Shown: one piece after another, positions 14,306 to 27,080 of the stretch
Layout of the letters: every line of letters starts with the position of its first letter
How positions within the stretch are numbered: the first letter of the stretch is position 1
Source of the DNA: the human T2T-CHM13v2.0 reference genome, Homo sapiens
DNA length: 64,000 nucleotides
Direction: 5' to 3' (one strand)
Assembly: GCF_009914755.1 (NCBI RefSeq)
Contig: NC_060930.1
Notes under the pieces: generated by a model
What the model saw: the letters and a program-made list of their open reading frames with translations, nothing else
Databases searched by the model: none
Told to the model about the DNA's origin: nothing
Made by a program: the position numbers and the translations under genes

Positions 14306-17244
14306 AAATTTAGCATAAATGTATGTTCCTGCTTTGGAAGATTTTCTTCCACTTTTTCATGGTAGCAATAGAGCGAAATCATTGATCACTTAATTATGAC
14401 CCCCTGGGGAGGAAAATGTTAATGAAAATATTTGAGAAAACAAAGAAGCATTTTTCAGATTTGAATGCCAAGTCACCATACAGCCCATCTGGTCTTTTTT
14501 AAAAACAGAATTGTGTGCATCACTCAACCTTTCTATGAAAGGCCGTTTGGTGTTTCTGCTTTTAAAGGGATTTGTGTAGGTGAAAAAGACATTTAGTACA
14601 TTCCACACCAATCTTGCTCTATTTGTTTGAGTAATAATGCACAATTGTAGATCTACAGGCTTTATAAATCACGTAAAACCAGAAGTAGCACTAAATTACT
14701 TTGTTTTTCCAAACCTCATTATTAAACTTAGTCTTTTACAGCTTCCTAATTTAAATAGGATCTTCTTTCCTTATTTGGCAAAAGAGGCTGGCAGCAACCA
14801 TGAAATCCTTCTAACACTGAATGCCGTTGCATCTTCTGATACGATAGATCGTCAATAATTATGAAGATGATTTTGAATCCATTTCTGGTTTTTACCACTG
14901 GGTTTTCTTTCCTCCTTTTGTCCCTACAAGCGATTTGTGAATGCATCTCATAAATGCCCTGCTCTCAGCTGCTGAACATTCTCCTGCTGAAAGGCAGGGA
15001 GCTAATTAGCACAGCCACCTCGACAGCGTCTGTTCCAGTCACCCCTGCATGCATGCTAGAACACCTTTGAACAATGGATGACAGTCTGCAGAGAGCACAG
15101 AGCTCCCGGAGAACATAAAAATGCAATGGAACAGAATGAAGGGATGCAAGTCACAATCGTCTCAACTGCAAGTTGGCCAAAGTAAACATTGCCCCAAAGG
15201 TCAGACACGAGGCTGGGTTTACTATCACCTGGCTTCTTATGTATGCATAAAGAGAGAGATTGATATGAGACGCAGGGCGGGAAATTGATAGAGGATGAAA
15301 ACACACCTGCCCAAGGCATTACTATGGGCAGACAGGCAAGCTAACTTGCTTATGGCCTGCATAGATTATATATCATGTTTGGACCTCATGAAGACATTCT
15401 GCATATTTAGAAACATGTCAGGAAATTTGGAGGTGCAAATCTGAAGTTATTTTGATGTCATTAGAAGTTCTACACATTTGCAAAATTCCATAATCCTTTA
15501 TAAAGTGAACATAAAATAGTGGCTTTCCTATTTTCTTTTAAAGGAACGATGCGGGGATTTTTATCTTCTCAGGGTTAGATTCGATCCAGGATCAAAGTGT
15601 CATATTTAAAATGTTTACAATCATGAGTACCTGTCGTGACTTCCTTTCTAATTATCTGTAGGAGATGAGAATCTATTTCATGCCTTGTATGAAAAGATTT
15701 CTGTTCATAGCTTTAAATGACCAATTATTTCTTTCTGCACATTTTGGTAATTTTATTTCATGACTTTTGAACACCTTTTATTCTTGAAATTTCTCACCAA
15801 TATTTGCTTTGAATTAAGTCACACGGTGCTCATTGTACACCCCAAATCTTCATTTATGGACCCGTTGTCATTGTGACAATCTTACCCGTCGTAAAAAAAT
15901 TCTAGCAAGAGTCAGTGTGGAATTTACATTATTTAACTTTCAATAGAAGGTATAGGTTTGTAGGTTCTTTTTTAATTTTTGTGAAAAACTTTTGTTAATT
16001 TTGAACTAGGTCCCAAATACTCAAAAGAGTGAGGTAAGGAAATGGAAGGAGGGAAGGCAGTGACTCATCAGCCCTCCTGGTTCTGCTCCACAGTGTGGGG
16101 GCCCCTCAGGGTGGTCTCATCGGCCGCTTCCCACCCCAGTTCCACTCTGGAGAGGAGTTGGACTTGATCTTTTCTAAATAGAAATGACATTTTGCTTCCA
16201 CTTAGAGTGTTAAAAGGGGACTTTGTACCCCATGGGACAATGTTAAATAAAGGTGTGAAATTTAGTGTCCCAAGTTAAAAAAAAAAAAAAGAGAGAGAAA
16301 TGATCAAACTACTGAATTAAAGTCAAAGATTCAGCATTTTTTTTCCTAGTGCCAAAAAAAAAAAAAAAAAAAAGTGGTGGGGGAAAGATAGCAAGAGATA
16401 ATAAAGTCAGGATACAGAACAGAGGGCCTTAGTTTCTGTCCAGAGGGACCACCATCTTTTAATATAGTCACTTAAAAATACATGCATTGCTACATTTTTC
16501 ATTAGCCTTAATTTTTTCATCAATCATGTTAATTTATACAGAGGGCACTTAATAATAGCTAATTAACACTTATGACTTTTGAAATTAAAAGACCTTTGGA
16601 GAGATTACTGCTGATTGGGGAAAGGATTTTTTTTTTGTTCTTTCCTTTTTAGAGAAGAAAGAGAAATAGCAAGAAGGCACAGGGCCTTCATGTGCTCAGA
16701 AGAAATTCTCTCTCTTGCTTCACTGATCAGTCAGCAGATGAAAGTGACATCAGCATAAGCAGGTCCAGTGATACTCTTTGACACCATGCTAGAAAACATG
16801 ACCCAATTGAGCATTAATGGCTCAAATAAAATAAATGAATGAATAAATACAAATTCAGGATGATCTTTACATAGATTGAGACCAAAATAAAATTTAGAAA
16901 TGACACAAAATAATGTCGGTGGTTCACACACACACACAAAATAATAATCTGGGGGTAGTTACTATGTTGGAGTAAGATCACATTAAAAATGAGAATTCGC
17001 TAAGTTGAAATCATATTGGAATTTTTAGTGAGAAACGAACTGTATAATTACCTAATTCGTCCACAGAGTTTGCTGAGCTGTATTTTCTCTGCGTCACATG
17101 AACCAACTGCGCTTGCCTGTATCATTCCTTTGTAACTTACTGCTTCAGGCCATGGTCTTCACATTAAGAAAGTAGATTTTAACTGTGTCCTTTTTAATAT
17201 CTACAAAATGCCTTTGGTTGAGTACTTGTTTTGTGATTACAGGA

Positions 17245-17385
17245 TGTGGTGTGTGTACGTATGTATTTATATGTGTATCTATGTCTGTGTATGTATTTAT
17301 AGACTATATAATCTATATTCTATATATATTATGTATATATATACATCTGGATAGATAGATGATAGATCGATCGATCGAGCGATCT
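17245..17385. repeat. Compound TG/TA/GATA/GATC simple repeat
   Basis: Direct reading. Confidence 0.8.
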
Positions 17386-17778
17386 AAATTTTTTATTTTG
17401 TCCACCAATAGATGTCTCCCTTCCCTGAGTGAAGGTTTGAATCTACAGGAAGGACTGCCTGAGATTTTTACCAAATCTGGCTTTTGTATGAATGGAGAAA
17501 TCAAAGTTTAAAAAAGAGGAAAAGCTCAACATAAAGCCTTTCTTACCCAATGCAGTGTTTTAAATGCCTAGTGTGTATTCTATACCCTTCAATTGAAAAA
17601 TGTTGCATTGGGGCATTTTAATTTTAAGAGGATCGCACAACAGATTCTCATCTCTCTCAGAGGCTTTGAGTGTTTCCATTTTGACTAAAAGTCTACATGA
17701 GGCCCAGGATGTGTAATAACTTTCTTGAAGTACCTAAACCAGTCTCTGGGGATGTATGCATTTAAAGGATCTAAAGTC

Positions 17779-18123
<345 letters not shown>

Positions 18124-19149
18124 TTAACATCTACTTGAAAATTGTACAAATTTAGTTATATGTTGACTCACTACTGATTTTTTAGTTTAGTATGCAAAGA
18201 GGTAAAAGACATTTACAAATACGTTTACCATATCTTGAGTTAATGGTAAAGCATTTAGTGCAAGTTGTATATCAGGGGAGAAAATCCACACCTTGGGAAA
18301 TTAGTCATACCCATGCTGAAAATTTTCTCTAGAAAAAAATTCCAGTGATACAGCCAAATTTTTGAATCATTCTTTTGGTGCCTCTGACATTTTCTTCTCC
18401 TTTTTCCTAGTTGCTTCTTCCATTTTCCTTGAGTTGCTTGTGGGGCCTTGGTCTCATCTACTTTATTATCTTCCTTGTAAACTGCTCTTACTTTGGTCTT
18501 TAGGAGGTCCTGAATGACTGGTAGAGATTATTAAAGCATCTGTGGCCTGCTCATTGTAGAATATCCCAGTGGGCCAGATGGAAGATTTATTCTGAAATCC
18601 CTTGCTATAGCATGGAATATACCTGGAAAAGGTGTTGGCCTAAAACTCACATTTAAAAAATTTTCTTGGTGATCATTTCATGGTGTTCTCATTAACAAAA
18701 TGTCCTGACGTTATTCTAGCACTATTCTGAGGTGCTTATGGGCTGCAGCTATTTCTTACTGAATCATTTAAATGAGTGAGTCCAAACGTTTCTTCCATGA
18801 GGATGCTCCCTACTAGGTAGCTGGGTTTTGAGTTTGGGACTTTCTCATGGGCGACATGGACTGTAGGCTATACCCAACTCCAAGCTATTAGATGTAGTTC
18901 TTCCCTTTTCATACAACTGACTGAAAGAAACTAGTGTATCTGACATCATATTAATATATGGAACCACTGATCTAGCGAATTCACTGTCCTCTTTTTATAC
19001 ATGGGGCTGTAGATCTAGAGGAAGTTTAGAGTGAATTACTAGATTATTAGGTTAGTATTTAATGAAATGGCTGTTAACCTGTAGGAGAATCTTATTTTTT
19101 TGAGTTTAATCAGTTTTCAAATGAGCAATTCCACTCTTTATCTAGCATT

Positions 19150-19680
19150 CAAAAAAATTGTGGCATGAGACACATAACATAAAATTTACCATTTTAATCA
19201 TTTTAAAGTGTACAATTCAGTGGCATTTAGTACATCCACAATGTGTGGTGCAAGCTGCTGTCTAGTTCCAGAATGTTCTCACCATCCCCTAAGAAAACCC
19301 CATCTCATCAGCAGTCACTCCCACTACCCCTGCCCTGTACCCCAGCAACCAACAATCTGCTTCTGTCTCTGTGAGTTTGCCTGTCCTAGACGTTTTATAT
19401 CACACATTGTCTTTTGTGTCTGGCTTCTGTACCTCACATAATGTTTTCAGGATTCATCCTCGTTGGAGCATGTATCAATTCTATATTCCTTTATATGGTC
19501 GTGATACTCTGTTGTATGAATATGCCACAATTCATTTATCTACCTTTTGGCTATTGTGAATAGTGATGCTGTGAACATTCTTGTGCAAGTTTTTGTTTGA
19601 ACATGTTTTCGATTCTTTTGAGTGGAATTGCTGAGTCATATGGTAATTCCGTGTTTAACTTATTGGGGAACTGCCACACT
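19150..19680 (-). mobile_element. L1MB 3' end
   Basis: acataacataaaatttaccattttaatcatttttaaagtgtacaattcagtggcatttagtacat. Confidence 0.88.
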
Positions 19681-21002
19681 GGGGTGCCACTTTTAATTGT
19701 AAATGTTTCTTCAGAGAATCATTAATTTAATGTGTGAGAGGTGTCCTATTTAATAAAATTTCAAAGTTGGCCATCTCAGGACCTGTTGTAATAATGATTA
19801 TCATTATTGCTATTAGTGTAGGATCTGATTCATTTTATAAATGAGCCAGTTGAGGCCCAGATAGCGTAGCTATCTTAGCTTTAGTTTGTAGCTAATAAGT
19901 GCTTTGATCAGGACCACAGTCCAAGTCAACTAGTTCAATATCTTTTATATTACCCTATGACATGTGCTAATTTCTTTTTAGCTTTTCGCCGTACTGGCAA
20001 TATTAGCTCTGAGTCATTCATTTTGGTTGCTTGTGACAAAGCCACCTTTGATGCTGAGGTGACTGGCTAGGGTTTCTTGCTGTTAGACTCAATTGTCTCT
20101 AACCATTTGAGCAATTAGTAACAGTATTACCAGCTAACATTTTACAGTTGCTCCCCTCTTCTCAACATCAGCCAATTCTGTGTGCCTTAAGAAAATAATC
20201 CTCTTACCTCTCAGATTAAAAATGATGACACTGATGAATCAAAGGGCAATTATTTGTAATTTTGTATTTGCAGTTGGGAAACTATGGTAGTGATGATGTC
20301 TCCCTTTGTCATCTTATTAAATTTCAAACTTGCTTTTGCTTATATCCACAATGGGATCAGAATAGTATTTCCATACAAGAAAAAAATATCTTGCTTAGTG
20401 AATACCTTGATTTACTAAAAGAACAGAAGGCCAATTTTTCAGATATTTGATACCTAATTTCTAGTAACACTTAGAGCCAATAGGGATGATCAAAGGACAA
20501 AACTTCTAGGACAATTTTTCACTTTTAAATAGTGTTATTTAGATAATAAACTTTGCTTTATCTAGCCTTCAGCAGCTTTTATTCTAACATAATTAGTTAA
20601 ACTAGTTAACCAATTAGGACTAATTTAGTAATTTAGGTACACACCAACTCTAGATGTAATGATCTAATTCCAGCATGCTTCTGAGCCTATCTCCCACTCA
20701 GCAAGTTTCTCCTAACACATTTGGGGCTACTTTGTTTAGTAATAGGAAGAAACTAACCTTTTCAGAGGCATTTTTCTTTGGTGGTGAAACTCATTCTCTG
20801 CCAGGATGGTTACCCTGGTAACAGAAAACATAGCTTTCTTTCATCATGTATTTACTTGGTGTATTTATTTGGTAAAACATTTTGGCAGCTAATGTACTCA
20901 AGAGCTTGTCTGTTTCACAGTCCAGCAAAATATAGCACATGGTATGCAAATATTCTAAATTGAGTCTGAAATTTTCTGAGAATTTCATGATGGTTCCTTA
21001 GG

Positions 21003-21212
21003 GCTGCATTATCTCATACATTAGGCTCCAGCCATATGCGGCTATTTAAATTTAAATTCATTAAAATTAAATAAAATTAAAAATTCAGTTCATCCATCAC
21101 ACTGGCCACATTTCGAGTGCTCAATAGCCACATGTGGCTCGTGGCCACGGCATTTGATGCCGCTGAAATAGAGCGTTTCCATCCTTATGGTACGTTCTAT
21201 CAGACAATGCTG
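21003..21212. mobile_element. MER33/MER3-like hAT-Charlie element
   Basis: gctatttaaatttaaatt...aaaattcagtt...gccacatttcgagtgctcaatagccacatgtggct. Confidence 0.85.
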
Positions 21213-21518
21213 CTTTAGATAATTGGGGAAAATCAGTTTGGCATCACAGAAGAATGGTTGTTTGTTTCATGGCCTGGAATTCTAGAAAGTCCAGTGAAGG
21301 TGGAAGAAACCTTGGAAAATGTCTGAGCTGAGTTATCCAGTCACAGACCTCAGGCACCGTGGATTGGCGGGCTAGTGACTCACCAAGTCCCATAACTGGT
21401 TACTGGTAAATATTTGATAATTTTACAGAGTGCTTTTCCATACCACGGCCGCTTAGCAACTGTCCATTAGTGTTTTAAAAGTTAATGTAATGCTAAAGTA
21501 GCTTACTAGCTTGTCATC

Positions 21519-21822
<304 letters not shown>

Positions 21823-22482
21823 TGTCATCCTTCTTTTCTACATTGCCAAGCTCCTTGAGAGACTGCTTCTGCGTTTCCTCTGTGTCTCTGCCCATTTACT
21901 CTGGAATTTCTTGATGCAGAGTTTCAACCCTTACTACCACTAAAATTTCTTCTCCAAGGCCGTCAATCACATCTTAGCCACTAAATCCAAAGGCCTAATC
22001 TTCTATGTTGCAATTTCTCTGCTTTAATCTTGGAGCATTGAAGAACAGCTGCCTGCACACGCCTTCCTTTCTCTCCTTTCCCTTCAGCGCTGTCTTCTGC
22101 TCCACTCTCCTCTCCCTCTTTGTTTCCCTATCCAGTTCCTCCACCTTCCTTTGTCCCTTAAATAGAGCCACTCAAGGACCCGTTGTTTTTCTTATTACTG
22201 TTCTCTCTGAACTCTCTCCCTGGGAAAGTTTACCTAATATCAGAGCTTCAGCTGCCTCCAGGTGAGCAGCTCCCCACCTGTGACTCTTATTCTGACCGAG
22301 TCTGCTATGAGCCTGGGTCCCACGGCCAGCTGCCCCACAGGAACCCCACACTTAACATGCCAAACCTAACTGGTTATTTTTCTCCTGTAGGCCTCTTTCC
22401 ACCGGTGCATCCTGTTTTTGTTAAAGACACCATAATTCTTTGAGCTACCCAGAATTGAAATCTCAGGACTGTCACTGCCTCC

Positions 22483-22592
22483 TAGAGTGACAAACCATCC
22501 TATTTTGTCCGGGATTGAAAGGTTTCCCAGGAGTGGGTCTATCAGTGCTAAAACCTCAAGAGTCCCTGGCCAACCGGGTCAGCTGGCCCCTG
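22483..22592. mobile_element. MER81 (hAT-Blackjack MITE)
   Basis: tagagtgacaaaccatcc...gggattga..ggtttcccagga...tcagtgctaaaacc...ccctggccaaccggg. Confidence 0.8.
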
Positions 22593-22651
22593 CTCACTAT
22601 TCCTGCTTTCATATCTAATCAGCCCATAATTTGTTTCATTTTCAGTTCCAT

Positions 22652-22782
22652 GACATTTCTCACATCTGTCTCTTTCTCACTGAGGCCTCCCTTGTCCCAC
22701 ACCAGGTTTCTTGTCATCATCTCCTGATTGATCTCCATATACCTCGTCATCCTTCCTTCCACCCATCCCAAGACCCACTACT
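22652..22782 (+). repeat. Local duplication A, source copy (131 bp)
   Basis: Direct repeat of 26493-26623 with 6 substitutions by eye and no indels. Confidence 0.97.
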
Positions 22783-23233
22783 TGGCCATTCTTCTATAAC
22801 TCAGCTTAATCATGTCATTTTTTCAGCTCAAAAATATTCCCTGAGGACTTGGGGAAGGGACAGAAGGAGGCTGGAAACAAAAGGCAGGCAACTGCTCTGA
22901 AGAGCAAAGTAAGAGCAAATGTCCTATGGAAGAACAGAGGTTTGTTTCATTCTTTCTGGGTCCAGAGGTCTCAGGCGTCAAATCATTAGATTTGGGGAAT
23001 GACTCCAGCCTGCAGTTGCTGGCGTGAGGATTTGGCAAGTGAAGATTTTCCCGCTGACTACCTCCCTCTGCCACCAGCTCTTTGTTGCTTTGCGGGTCTT
23101 CTTCCTCCTCCATCATCACTAGCCTTTTTGGGACAAGAGAGCATTATTCTCAGACATTATTTTTCTTGAGGATTTACTTTCCTTTCTCCATATCAAGAAG
23201 TAGGAACAGAGAACAGTAAAATACAGATCAATT

Positions 23234-23282
23234 ACACACACACACACACAGACACACACACACACAGACACACACACACACA
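23234..23282. repeat. (CA)n microsatellite with GA interruptions
   Basis: Direct reading. Confidence 0.95.
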
Positions 23283-24099
23283 GTTCCCCAGCTCAGCCCT
23301 CCACAAAGAATATCCTCTCCCAGTGACAACATTCTTGGACTGGAATTTAATATTGTTCATGGCCCGGGTTTATATGACTTCTGCTGCCTTATCTCAGTCT
23401 GACCTCATTCAGGCCACTGATGCTCTGGCCACTATAAGCAGCTCCCTCTCCTCTGGGATTGTCCTCTGCCTTTCCACACATACGTGTTTGCACATGCAAA
23501 CACCTTGCAGACTTCTTTGTCTGTTTTTGTCTCACTCCTGTCTCTGCAGGGTCCCAGCCTATCCACGATTCCAATTATAGTTTATGTGAAATCTCTTCGT
23601 TGATGTCTAAGCCGCAGATAATAGAAACCATTCTCCCTTTGCACAGGGGCCACAGCCTTTTGAGAGTCTCGATTTTAAGACAACATCATGGCACATTATG
23701 TTGTCACTCAAGAGAGGTGAGAAAAAGCTTGGTGCAAGCCCAATACAGAGAGACACCTTTTTACAAAGATGGTTTAACTTTCTCAGCTGCTTCCCAACAC
23801 AAGTCAGTTCCCATAATCATGTCATTAAAAGAGTTAGGAGAGCTTTCTGATTCTTTGTCTTCCAGAGGTGTTGTCTCGTCCTCTTGTTTTCCAAGACTGA
23901 CAATGCCACCAACATGTTCTGAAAAAGCAAGTTATTACAAGTTTATATTTCAGTGGAGCTGGTTTCTAACCAGAATGGGCTGGAAAATGTAGTTGCACTT
24001 GAAAACTGATTTGTCTAAAGCTGGTTCCATGATTGGACATAATTTCTCTCCTCTAAATTTCCAGGTAACTTTACATGCATCTCCTGTGATGTTTCTCAT

Positions 24100-24856
24100 T
24101 TCTGATCATGCGTATGCCACTTTCTTCTCTCCACATGTCTTGGGACACTCTTTCTCTGTCTCTTCCTGGGGTTTCTCCTGCCTATTCATTACCGAAAGTT
24201 GGAATTTCCAGTGCTGTGCCCTGAGCTTCCACTTCATCTCATTGCCCATGTTCTCGTTCAGCAATTTTGCCCTTGTCCACAACTTCAATTAACATCTGTA
24301 TATAACAACATCCAAAAGTATATCTTCATCCCTTGCTCTTTTATGCTCACACCACTGTATCTTCCTGCTGAATTTCCTGATATTTCCACTTGAATATCAT
24401 GTAGCAGCTCAAATTTAACAACTTTAACACTTCACCATCCCCTCTGGATTTACTGCTACTCCAGTGACCACATCTCAGTAAGTGGCATCCCCATTTACCT
24501 GGTTTCTCATGCCAGGAACCTGGGACTCATCTTTTCTCAATCAGGTTGCGTGAAGTCCTGTAGATTCTATCTCCTGCAATGTATCTGGACTCCATATCTT
24601 CATCTCCACCATCATTATTATCATCTCTCACTTATTCAGAAAAGCCTTTTTTGATTACCCAATATAAAGGAGAATTTCCAATTATATTTTTCATAGGAAT
24701 TTTTTTTTCATAGAATTTGTCCTCATCTGTAGCCATATACTTACCTGTGTGATGATGAGTGTGTTTCCTCTCCAGCATTGGTCTGTGAGCTTTGTTTACC
24801 TTTGTCTACCTACCTCCAGGCCAGGGCTTGTAATATGTATTGAATGAATGAATGAA
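24100..24856 (+). mobile_element. L2 3' region
   Basis: ctcaaatttaaca, catctcagtaagtggcatc, ends in (TGAA)n. Confidence 0.7.
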
Positions 24857-26119
24857 CCTGACAGGAAGCATGCTATGTATTTGCCTATCAGTGAACAGAT
24901 TTTGCCTCAAAACCTTTGTGCCACAGATAATAATCAATAAAAATCGAATTGTCAAATGCAGAGAACAACAATAATGTATTTATGAGGTTAGTTGTACATC
25001 TCCATATTTGCTTAATAACCTATAGGGAATGGCTTGGAGCTTTAGGGTTATCTTTTCCTTTGCTTAAATAACATTTAACAAAATTCCTAGTTAGAACAAA
25101 GCCCATATTTGTAGTCTACAATTCCCCACATATTGAGTCCCATAAATTGGCAAATGATAAAATTTAAAGAAACACAAATAGAGTCTCGAAAAATTCACAA
25201 AGGTGAGCATGATATAATGATGAGTTGTTTCCTGTTTAAGTTTTGTATGGAACATATGTTCCTTCTGCTTGCCCATTGCCGGTCCTAGTATTTGGCTCAG
25301 AAGGGCTGCCAGTCATTAGCCCATGCTCCTCTGGGGTGGTCCAAAATCCATTTGAAGTCCGTTTCTCTTTTCCAGTAAAAGAAAAATCTTGACCAAAGAT
25401 TGTTTCTGGAAAGAGATTGGTGCTTGTCATCCAATAGCAATGCCCTCCAGCAATGTTCTATGCTTTTCGTAATTTTTCAGTTCTTCCTCTAATTCTGTAA
25501 ATGATAAGGAACCAATTCATGGGACCTTTTTTCTTGTTAAAGGTTGACAGTTAATTTCTGTTGCTTGCAACAGAAGAAACACCCAAATATTCCTAATCAT
25601 TGTTTTCTGCACTAATAATTATAATAATAGCTAACTTTGATCAATCAGTTACTATGTACTAGGCACTGTTCTAAGTTCTTTACATGTATATGTAAAATAT
25701 GTACTGACATGCATGTGCAGCCATTTTATAATTATATCAGTGTTGGAGGATATACTCAATAAAAATCTCATAACTAAAATTACTACTAATTTAGGATTAG
25801 TGACTGACTAAACACAATCTGGCTTTTTTTATTTAGGTCTTTAATAAAAAATGAAATAAGAGCAAGTATATAGGAGAAAACAGCTAACATAACTAAGGGG
25901 AAAAAAACCCTGTTTCTAATTATCTTCACAGTCTCTATTTGCATAGAAAGGACACAGACAGATTACATATTCATTTTAATTTTTATTGAGTATTATGTGC
26001 TTGGAGTATTGTAAAGATTCACTGAAGAGTACTTCTGCCTTCGAGGAACTTGTGTCTAGTAGACAAGCTTACCCAAACACAAGCAATTATAAGAAGGATG
26101 AGGAAGAGTATTTAATTAT

Positions 26120-26270
26120 ATTCAATATTACAGTGTTCATAGTAACAACGAGAGGCAGGAATTATTATTTTTCCATTTGCAGATGAAGATTATGAGGCTC
26201 AGAAAGGCTAAGTAACTTTTCTAAGGTCACAAAATTAGTTAATGATTGAGCCAATATTCAAATATTCACT
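26120..26270 (-). mobile_element. MIR
   Basis: ccatttgcagatgaaga..tgaggctcagaaaggctaagtaact..ctaaggtcaca. Confidence 0.8.
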
Positions 26271-26330
26271 TGCTTTGTGGACGTCACAATGAGATTTCTA
26301 ACTGCAATAAGTGGAGGATGTTAAGGGTTA

Positions 26331-26489
26331 GTTCTCACTTATAAGTGGGAGCCAGACATTGGGTAATTGTGGACAAAAAGATGGCAACAATAGGAACTGG
26401 TGACTCCTAACTAGAGGGGTGAGAGGGGAAGGGAGGGGCAAGGGCTGAAAAACTACCTATTGGATCCTGTGCTCACTCTCTGGGTGATG
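26331..26489 (+). mobile_element. L1PA13-16-like 3' UTR fragment lacking its 3' end and poly(A)
   Basis: gttctcacttataagtgggagc...aagatggcaacaata...gaaaaactacctattgg...ctgggtgatg, then abrupt stop. Confidence 0.85.
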
Positions 26490-26492
26490 TCA

Positions 26493-26623
26493 GACATTTC
26501 TCACATCTGTCTCTTTCTCACTGAGGCCTCCCTTGTCCCTCACCAGGTTTCTTGTAATCGCTTCCTGATTGATCTCCATATACCTCGTCATCCTTCCTTC
26601 CACCCATCCCAAGAGCCACTACT
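26493..26623 (+). repeat. Local duplication A, derived copy (131 bp)
   Basis: Matches 22652-22782; sits between a truncated L1 and a truncated MIR. Confidence 0.97.
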
Positions 26624-26626
26624 GGG

Positions 26627-26722
26627 TAGTGGTAACTTACTCATGGGGTTGTTGTCTAGATTAAATGAGTTAATACAGATAAAGAATAATGACTGGCACA
26701 TGGGAAGTGCTAAGTAAAGATC
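26627..26722 (+). mobile_element. MIR 3' half
   Basis: ctcatggggttgttgtctagattaaatgagttaataca...tggcacat. Confidence 0.75.
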
Positions 26723-26777
26723 AGTTATCATGGTTTATTCACTCTTTCTGAAAAAATTTTACCCAAAGACATATACT

Positions 26778-27080
<303 letters not shown>

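Larger units (their letters stand above)
21925..22840 (+). mobile_element. L2 relic (interrupted by MER81)
   Basis: CT-rich L2 hallmarks (ctaaatccaaagg, cttaacatgccaaacc). Confidence 0.6.

Noticed and set aside
23459-23992. Longest ORF in the track (177 aa)
   Set aside because: Non-ATG start, no recognisable domain, no convincing splice or Kozak context
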